Shown here piece after piece: positions 57,492-64,000 of a DNA stretch of 64,000 bases. The stretch is taken from NCBI GenBank assembly GCA_045613985.1, contig JAZLCA010000019.1:28345-92344 (forward strand), given 5' to 3'. This stretch comes from Eubacteriales bacterium (GTDB taxonomy: Bacteria; Bacillota; Clostridia; Oscillospirales; CAG-272). The first letter of the stretch is position 1. Every line of letters begins with the position of its first letter. The notes below the pieces were generated by a model that ran no database searches, was not told the DNA's origin, and worked only from the letters and a program-made list of their open reading frames with translations. The position numbers were made by a program, and so were the translations under genes.

Positions 57492-58960
57492 CGAAAGATC
57501 AACTGCTATTATCTTTTGACCTGTTAGACGAGCAATATATAGAGGAAGCATCGCCAACGGCCGCCAAGCCGCACCGCCGCCGCATCCAGCTGGTGCGCGC
57601 GGCCACTTGCGCTGTGCTGATCGCCATCCTCGTGCCTGCGATCCTGCTCGTCCTTCCCCTCTTCCGAACGCCGACAGAGGTGCCGCCCGTGGTATACGAC
57701 CCGCCCACAATCTTTAATGCGCTGGAGTCGCCCGAATTGCTGTACGGCAACGGAAACCCGTTCGTTGTCGGTGATACGACGGAAGTCGTCGATTTCAGTG
57801 ATACGACAGAGCCTCTGTCGAAGGGCTTTGGTCATGGATACTACATCGTCCATGCTGAGATCATTAGTATTCTTCCCGATGTCTATTATCCTCTAAATAG
57901 AAGTCCTAACTTTGCTCCGAATGCATATCAACTGATCCGCTTTCGGACGTTGGAAGCATTACACGGCAATGTTCCGGAAGAATTTCTTTATCTAATGCCC
58001 ATGGGCGTAGTCGATAACTCGTTTGACTCGTATGACACCTTTATTATTTCAATGGGTCTGCGCGGTACAGAAAATTATATTTTGAGAAATGGAAGCAAAC
58101 AAAAGTTGGAAGCCTTTCCACTCCTTCTGTTTGCCGACCCAAACAATTGTCCGGAGATAGGAAATTTCATCTCATTTACCGATGGAGTTTTCAATGAAAA
58201 CGTTTTTCACTACTACGACACTGACCTTGTGCAACCAGGGTACACGGTAGAATATACCCTAACACGCGTCAAAGAACGAATAAAAGAATCGAAGCAAGAA
58301 ATTGAAGACAGCGGATACTACTCCTTTCCTATTGATATCTTGACGTATAGCACCGATTTTACGACAGAAGAAGCAAGAGCTGCGTTTGCTTACGTTCAAG
58401 CATTTGAAAACGGTGTATTCGTGCAAAGCATCTGCTCCTACTTTGATGCCGCGTATCCAACGCTCACTTACACCCGCTACATCGGCGAATGTCAAACCGA
58501 AGAGGTCATCTCAATCAATCTTGAAACGGAAGAAGTCACCTATTCTGAGGTGCGTTATAGCGAAGAAGAATTGCGCAGTATTGTTAATGTATCGGAATAT
58601 GCCGCAAATTTGAGAGAAAAATACGCCGCTCAACTCCCCGTGCCCCCTCATACCGACACGCAAGGAAAGGAGTTATACTCGCTAAACGTTTTCGGTTGGT
58701 ATCTTAAGATCGACGGCAATATTTACGGCATTGTTAAAACGACCTGGCTGTACCATGAAAAGCGGTATGATGAAGAGTATCACTGTAACGTGCTCTATCG
58801 TTATTATGATGACAGTTTTATTCTGCTTGATGCACAAAACCTAACAGTACGCGAGGTTTCACGTGATGAATTGTTGGAGCTGACGGGCGGCCAAGATTTC
58901 CATAATTACATTCATCAGTACCGCTATAATTATGCCTATAAAGCAGGATATTTCTTTTAA
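57488..58960 (+). CDS. Putative single-pass anti-sigma factor
   Basis: ATGA overlap with the sigma gene; 'LLDEQYIEEA' N-terminus and one TM helix; shares many blocks with 39338-40798. Confidence 0.75.
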   Translation: MTKDQLLLSFDLLDEQYIEEASPTAAKPHRRRIQLVRAATCAVLIAILVPAILLVLPLFRTPTEVPPVVYDPPTIFNALESPELLYGNGNPFVVGDTTEVVDFSDTTEPLSKGFGHGYYIVHAEIISILPDVYYPLNRSPNFAPNAYQLIRFRTLEALHGNVPEEFLYLMPMGVVDNSFDSYDTFIISMGLRGTENYILRNGSKQKLEAFPLLLFADPNNCPEIGNFISFTDGVFNENVFHYYDTDLVQPGYTVEYTLTRVKERIKESKQEIEDSGYYSFPIDILTYSTDFTTEEARAAFAYVQAFENGVFVQSICSYFDAAYPTLTYTRYIGECQTEEVISINLETEEVTYSEVRYSEEELRSIVNVSEYAANLREKYAAQLPVPPHTDTQGKELYSLNVFGWYLKIDGNIYGIVKTTWLYHEKRYDEEYHCNVLYRYYDDSFILLDAQNLTVREVSRDELLELTGGQDFHNYIHQYRYNYAYKAGYFF

Positions 58961-59000
58961 CTAATTGCAGGTACAATCTTGTCCCTTTTCCCCATCCCCA

Positions 59001-59029
59001 TTGACATCCAAAACCGATTGTGATACAAT
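59001..59029 (+). promoter_or_regulatory. sigmaA promoter
   Basis: TTGACA-17 bp-TACAAT with TGn. Confidence 0.75.
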
Positions 59030-59066
59030 AAATGCAACGTAAAACCTTAGTTGAAGGAGCGTTTGC

Positions 59067-60053
59067 ATGAACTCGTTTTTGTTCGCACTCGGAGCGGTCG
59101 CGCCTATTATGATCATGGTGGCGATCGGTTATTTGATCAAAAAAATCAAGCTTGCAAACGCGGATATCGCCAAGACGCTCAACCGTCTGGTGTTCCGCGT
59201 TTTCTTGCCGTGTATGCTGTTTTTGAACGTATATAAGATCGAAAGCATCGGAGAAATCGACCTTGGATACGTGGCCTTTGCGCTGATCTGCTTGTTGGTC
59301 CTCTTTTTGCTGGCCATTCCTGCCGTCATGCTTGTGACAAGGCAAGGGGCGCGGCGCGGAGTATTGTTGCAGGCCACGTTTCGATCCAACTATGCCCTGA
59401 TCGGCATACCGCTGGCACAGTCACTGTTTGGCGAGGAGGGCTTGGCCATTGCCACGCTGCTCTCGGCCGCGGCTATTCCAGCGTTCAATATTCTGGCGGT
59501 CATTTCGCTGTCCGTGTTCCGCGATGACGAGCAAAAGATGAGCATCAAGAAAATTCTCTTGGACATCATTAAAAATCCGCTGATATTGAGCGTGCTTGCA
59601 GGTGTTGCGGCGCTGGGGATCCGTGCGCTGTTTGTCCGCGCGGGTATTCCCTTCCGCCTGACCGATGCAGGCCCCATCTACACCGTGCTTGGTTATCTTT
59701 CAGGTCTTGCGACGCCGCTGGCGCTCTTGACACTTGGCATTCAGTTTGAATTTTCCGCGGTTAAAGAGATGAAAAAGGAAATCATTTTCGGCACGCTTGC
59801 GCGAACCGTTGCCGCGCCCGCGATTGCCATTGGCGTAGCTTACGCCTTGTTTTGTGAGCAGTTTAACGGCGCACATTTTGCCGCCTTCGTTGCTATGTTT
59901 GCCACTCCCGTGGCCGTTTCAAGTGTCCCCATGGCACAGGAGATGAAGGGCGATACTGTCCTTGCGGGACAGCTGGTCGTTTGGACAACGCTGTCGTCGG
60001 CACTTTCCGTATTTATCGCGTCGTGGCTGCTCAAGCTCGCAAGCGTTTTTTGA
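59067..60053 (+). CDS. AEC (auxin efflux carrier) family transporter
   Basis: N.LVFRVFLP, FRSNYALIGIPL, IIKNPLI and TPVAV motifs; about 10 TM helices. Confidence 0.9.
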   Translation: MNSFLFALGAVAPIMIMVAIGYLIKKIKLANADIAKTLNRLVFRVFLPCMLFLNVYKIESIGEIDLGYVAFALICLLVLFLLAIPAVMLVTRQGARRGVLLQATFRSNYALIGIPLAQSLFGEEGLAIATLLSAAAIPAFNILAVISLSVFRDDEQKMSIKKILLDIIKNPLILSVLAGVAALGIRALFVRAGIPFRLTDAGPIYTVLGYLSGLATPLALLTLGIQFEFSAVKEMKKEIIFGTLARTVAAPAIAIGVAYALFCEQFNGAHFAAFVAMFATPVAVSSVPMAQEMKGDTVLAGQLVVWTTLSSALSVFIASWLLKLASVF

Positions 60054-60139
60054 CATATTTTTTTATAATCCTCCTTGTAATTTTTTCTGTAATGCGCTAT
60101 AATATAGCCAATAAATTTCGAATCGAAGGAACGATAATT

Positions 60140-61126
60140 ATGAGCATAAGAATTGGAATCATGGGATACGGCAATCTGGGACGCGGCATCGAGTGTGCTA
60201 TTCGCCAGAATCCGGATATGGAGCTGGTGGCAGTATTTACTCGCCGCTCGCCCGAGACTGTTCGCATTCTGACGCCCTGCGTGCCGGTATATCACGTCGA
60301 CGCGGCCACCGAAAAAAAGGATGCGATCGACGTACTCATTTTGTGCGGAGGAAGCGCAACCGACCTACCTATGCAGACTCCCGAATATGCTAAGCATTTC
60401 ACTGTTATTGACAGCTTTGATACCCACGCCAAGATTCCCGAGCATTTCTCCGCAGTGGATACCGCCGCTCAAGCAGGCGGCAATGTTGCCGTTATTTCCT
60501 GCGGTTGGGATCCCGGTATGTTCTCCATCAACCGCCTGTATGCAGGAGCGATCCTGCCCGAGGGCAAGGACTATACCTTCTGGGGTAAGGGTGTCAGCCA
60601 GGGACACTCGGACGCTATTCGCCGCATTGAAGGTGTAATTGATGCCAAGCAGTATACCATTCCGATCGATACGGCACTGCAGGCGGTCCGAAGCGGCGAA
60701 ACGCCCGACTTCACCGTAAGAGAAAAGCATCTGCGCGAGTGCTTCGTCGTAGCTGCCGATGATGCAGACAAGGACAAAATTGAGCATGAAATTAAGACCA
60801 TGCCCAACTATTTTGCTGATTACGATACCATCGTTCATTTCATTACGCTTGACGAGCTGAAGCGCGATCACAGCGGCATTCCTCATGGCGGATTCGTCAT
60901 CCGCTCGGGTAAAACGGGGGCGAATAGCGAGCATACTCATATCATTGAGTACAGTCTCAAGCTGGACTCCAATCCCGAGTTTACCGCCAGCGTCATCGTT
61001 GCCTGCGCCCGCGCCGCCCATCGTATGAAAAACGAAGGCATGGTGGGCTGCAAGACCATTTTCGATTTGCCGCCTTCTTACCTCTCCCCTATGTCGGGTG
61101 AAGAGCTGCGCAAAAATCTGTTATGA
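60140..61126 (+). CDS. ddh: meso-diaminopimelate D-dehydrogenase
   Basis: GYGNLG, CGGSATDL, DSFDTHA, GWDPGMFS, FWGKGVSQGHSDA and NPEFTAS motifs; start at MSIRIG. Confidence 0.96.
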   Translation: MSIRIGIMGYGNLGRGIECAIRQNPDMELVAVFTRRSPETVRILTPCVPVYHVDAATEKKDAIDVLILCGGSATDLPMQTPEYAKHFTVIDSFDTHAKIPEHFSAVDTAAQAGGNVAVISCGWDPGMFSINRLYAGAILPEGKDYTFWGKGVSQGHSDAIRRIEGVIDAKQYTIPIDTALQAVRSGETPDFTVREKHLRECFVVAADDADKDKIEHEIKTMPNYFADYDTIVHFITLDELKRDHSGIPHGGFVIRSGKTGANSEHTHIIEYSLKLDSNPEFTASVIVACARAAHRMKNEGMVGCKTIFDLPPSYLSPMSGEELRKNLL

Positions 61127-61635
61127 TTATCCGCAAAGCCAATACAACAAACCTTGCCGCGCTGACGGAGCTGTTTGACGAAGCGCGCGCAACCATTGCC
61201 ACGCTCGGCATTGACCAGTGGCAAAACGGTTATCCTTCCCGAGAAGTGGTGAATGAGGATCTGTGCAAGGAGCGCTCGTACATCGTCGAGATACAAGATG
61301 AGGTGGTTGGCACGTTTGTGCTGATTACCGACGGCGAGCCCACGTACGACCGCATTTATGACGGAGAATGGCTGACCAGTAACAGCCAGAATTATATTGC
61401 CATTCATCGTGTTGCCGTATCGGTTGTTCGTCGCGGCAGTGGCATATCGACCGCCATACTGGACTACGCGGCCGATATGGCAAAAAAATTGGGCCGCACT
61501 TCCCTGCGCATCGACACCCACACAGGCAACGTCGTTATGCGAAGAATGCTCGAGAAGCACGGCTTTATTCATTGCGGCAGCATTTATTTGGAAAACGGTG
61601 ACCACCGTGTCGCTTATGAAAAACTTGTGAGGTGA
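61123..61635 (+). CDS. GNAT-family N-acetyltransferase
   Basis: IDQWQNGYP, IHRVAV...RGSG and RIDTH..N..M...LEK.GF motifs. Confidence 0.9.
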   Translation: MIIRKANTTNLAALTELFDEARATIATLGIDQWQNGYPSREVVNEDLCKERSYIVEIQDEVVGTFVLITDGEPTYDRIYDGEWLTSNSQNYIAIHRVAVSVVRRGSGISTAILDYAADMAKKLGRTSLRIDTHTGNVVMRRMLEKHGFIHCGSIYLENGDHRVAYEKLVR

Positions 61636-61639
61636 TCGT

Positions 61640-62977
61640 ATGAACAAGCAAGTATTCAATTATATCGTTTGTCCAGCCGTCGTCCGCGCGGATGAGGTCA
61701 GCACCGTCCGCATCCGTCCTTTGGGCGAAAATACGGCCTTTATGGCGGGAGAGACTTATACCGTGGTCATTCGTGAAGTACAGACCGCCCACGGCGATTA
61801 CAGCGTGTTTACGGGCACCACGTACGAATTGACCCCCGACGAGCGGGGCGAGCTTGTCATCACTCACCGTTTTGCGGGTGAGCAAAAGCACGTCATAACG
61901 CTGACCCGCCCCGAGACTGATCTCCGCTCGCCGCATTACGACATCACCCACCGCGTCAAATACCGCGAAAACGTCACGGCAGTGCTTGGTGTCTATTCCC
62001 TGCACCCCGATCTGTACGGTCTGCGCGCCTTTAAGGGTGAGGTACATTGTCACACCTATGAATCGGACGGCACGCAGGACGTGTGCCATACGGTCGGCAA
62101 CTACCGTGCTGCCGGCTATGATTTCATGGCCATCACCGACCACTATATTACTATGTCCTCCGAAAAAAGCATGCGCCTCTTTGCCGACGCTCCCGTGGAT
62201 ATGACGCTGATGTTGGGAGAAGAGGTCCATATGCCCACTGAGCACATCCACATCGTGCATTTGGGCGGTCGCGAGAGCGTCAATGCTTATTTCCGCGCCC
62301 ACAAGGAGCAGGCTCGTGCCGAGGTTGATATCATTAAAGCTAAGCTGACACTACCCGAGGGTGTATCCGCGGAAGACTACGCATGGCGAGTTTGGATCGC
62401 CAGAAAGTCGCACGAGTTTGGCGGCTTGTCCATTCTTGCGCATCCTCACTGGATTTGGAACGGCGTGTTCTTCATGGGTGAGGAAACCACCATGCAGTTG
62501 CTCCGTGACGGCGTACACGACGCGCTGGATCTGAGTGATGATGGACTCGATATCCATCAAACGGATACCACCGTCGCCCTTTGGAACGAGATGCGTATCC
62601 AAGGCGCACGTGTGCCTGTCGTGGCATCGACGGACTCGCACTACACCGATGCATCCAATCCCCATCGCCCGGCCATTGGCGGCTACACCTTAGTATTCGC
62701 TCCCGACCGCTCCCCCGCATGCTTAATGCAGGCGGTGCGCGACGAAAGGTCGCTGGCAGTGTTCAACCACTGCACGCCCGAGGCCATCCACGGCCCGTAT
62801 CGCCTGGTAAAATTCGCACGTTTCTTGCTGGATCATTACTATCCTGTATACATGAGATTGTGTCAAGGGCAAGGCGTTTTGATGTCTGATTGGCCATTGA
62901 ACAGCGAAGAATTGCAGGCACTCTCCGCACTTAATCGACGCAGTGAGGCATTCGCCAAAGAATTTTATGGATATTGA
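61640..62977 (+). CDS. PHP-domain metallohydrolase with an N-terminal beta domain
   Basis: KGEVHCHT..SDG, DFMAITDH, AHPHW and STDSH motifs. Confidence 0.85.
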   Translation: MNKQVFNYIVCPAVVRADEVSTVRIRPLGENTAFMAGETYTVVIREVQTAHGDYSVFTGTTYELTPDERGELVITHRFAGEQKHVITLTRPETDLRSPHYDITHRVKYRENVTAVLGVYSLHPDLYGLRAFKGEVHCHTYESDGTQDVCHTVGNYRAAGYDFMAITDHYITMSSEKSMRLFADAPVDMTLMLGEEVHMPTEHIHIVHLGGRESVNAYFRAHKEQARAEVDIIKAKLTLPEGVSAEDYAWRVWIARKSHEFGGLSILAHPHWIWNGVFFMGEETTMQLLRDGVHDALDLSDDGLDIHQTDTTVALWNEMRIQGARVPVVASTDSHYTDASNPHRPAIGGYTLVFAPDRSPACLMQAVRDERSLAVFNHCTPEAIHGPYRLVKFARFLLDHYYPVYMRLCQGQGVLMSDWPLNSEELQALSALNRRSEAFAKEFYGY

Positions 62978-62990
62978 CAGGAGATTTTGC

Positions 62991-63608
62991 ATGAAAGTTT
63001 TGATACTCAATGGAAGCCCCCATGAAAACGGAAACACCGCTTTGGCTTTGCGCGAAATGATGCCGATTTTTGAGCAAGCGGGGATTGAAGTCGATTACGT
63101 GCAGGTCGGGCAGCTGACCATCAAGGGTTGTACAGGATGCGCTGCCTGCTTTAAGCTCGGCAAATGTGTCACGGACGATATCGTTAATGAAATTTCGCAA
63201 AAATTCAAAGAGTGCGACGGCATGATCATCGCCAGCCCCGTCTATTACGCATCAGCCAACGGCGCGCTCGTCGCTCTGCTTGACCGCCTGTTTTACAGCT
63301 CGCGCTTTGACAAGCGCATGAAGGTCGGCGCGTCGGTGGCGGTCGCACGCCGCGGCGGTTGCTCTGCGACTTTTGATCAGCTCAACAAGTACTTCACCAT
63401 CAGCGGTATGCCCGTCGCGTCCAGCCAGTACTGGAACAGCGTACACGGGGCGCTCCCCGGCCAGGCCGCCGAGGACGGAGAGGGGTTGCAAACCATGCGG
63501 ACCCTTGCCCGCAATATGATTTTTTTGATGAAGAGCATCGCGCTGGGCAAAGAGGCGTTTGGGCTTCCCGAGAAGGAAAAGTCCGTTTGGACGAATTTTG
63601 TGAGATAA
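62991..63608 (+). CDS. Flavodoxin-like / iron-sulfur flavoprotein family protein
   Basis: LNGSPH..GNT, CxxCxxC...C, SPVYYAS and RRGG motifs; start after AGGAG. Confidence 0.9.
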   Translation: MKVLILNGSPHENGNTALALREMMPIFEQAGIEVDYVQVGQLTIKGCTGCAACFKLGKCVTDDIVNEISQKFKECDGMIIASPVYYASANGALVALLDRLFYSSRFDKRMKVGASVAVARRGGCSATFDQLNKYFTISGMPVASSQYWNSVHGALPGQAAEDGEGLQTMRTLARNMIFLMKSIALGKEAFGLPEKEKSVWTNFVR

Positions 63609-63612
63609 AAGC

Positions 63613-63654
63613 AAGGCAGAGCCACAAAAAACGTGACTCTGCCTTTTTATTTTT
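63613..63654. terminator. Bidirectional intrinsic terminator
   Basis: aaggcagag...ctctgcctt stem followed by a T tract, between convergent genes. Confidence 0.75.
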
Positions 63655-63669
63655 CGGCGATCGCAATCG

Positions 63670-63999
63670 TTACCAATGCCACCATCTCTCGCCAGTATTA
63701 TACTCATAGAAGATCGAAAGAACGTTATCTTCACCAATATAGGTGCTTAATTCGTCTCTTTCCATGATTTGATACGTACCATCGGGCATAACGAGATAAT
63801 ACAGATCGTCATAATATATATATTGATCCTTGTCTACCTGCTGCAACAGCTGCCAGTGAATCCGAACCACACCGTATACCGTTCCCTCGTTCTTCACGTA
63901 TTTGCCAAACGCAAAGCGGCGATAGACTTGCATCTGCTCGTGATTTTCCGTGTGCGGCGGAACAAGGGCCGTCATATCGAGAGATGATATAAAAGCTCC
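63670..63999 (-). CDS. C-terminal part of a third putative anti-sigma paralog (5' end beyond the window)
   Basis: PPHT...Y.K..G.VYGVV...W...YYDD.Y.L...RDELST matches the C-termini of 39338-40798 and 57488-58960; the frame is open to the window edge. Confidence 0.75.
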   Translation of the reverse strand, partial: GAFISSLDMTALVPPHTENHEQMQVYRRFAFGKYVKNEGTVYGVVRIHWQLLQQVDKDQYIYYDDLYYLVMPDGTYQIMERDELSTYIGEDNVLSIFYEYNTGERWWHW

Positions 64000-64000
64000 C

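Overview
This 64 kb window looks like chromosomal DNA from a spore-forming Clostridia-class bacterium, based on yabP/yabQ, a T-box leader, sigmaA promoters, cdaA and ddh. Positions 1-25 kb are mostly conserved housekeeping genes on the minus strand: rhaBAD, smpB, divIC-yabQ-yabP-yabO-hup-mazG-yabM, an amidohydrolase, a nucleoside kinase, hemZ, dtd, rel, recJ, cdaA and argGHF. The most notable locus is 25.1-34.1 kb, an operon under a leucine-specific T-box. It encodes a LeuA homolog that has lost its catalytic motifs but kept its regulatory domain, a TIM-barrel/acyl-CoA-ligase fusion, IlvE, and a PFOR-family enzyme with a changed substrate-pocket motif. I infer that it is a branched-chain fatty acid salvage route to leucine by reductive carboxylation. 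Positions 35-64 kb are more accessory. They hold two large glycoside-hydrolase-like lipoproteins that share a ~120-aa module, two ECF sigma/anti-sigma pairs plus a partial third anti-sigma paralog, a discoidin protein with a (PET)26 stalk and a Cys-containing non-LPXTG C-terminal sorting signal, and tRNA-Trp followed by a 167-bp structured duplication of its 3' end. I found no CRISPR array, integrase or transposase. All family assignments come from recognising motifs by eye; no database searches were run.
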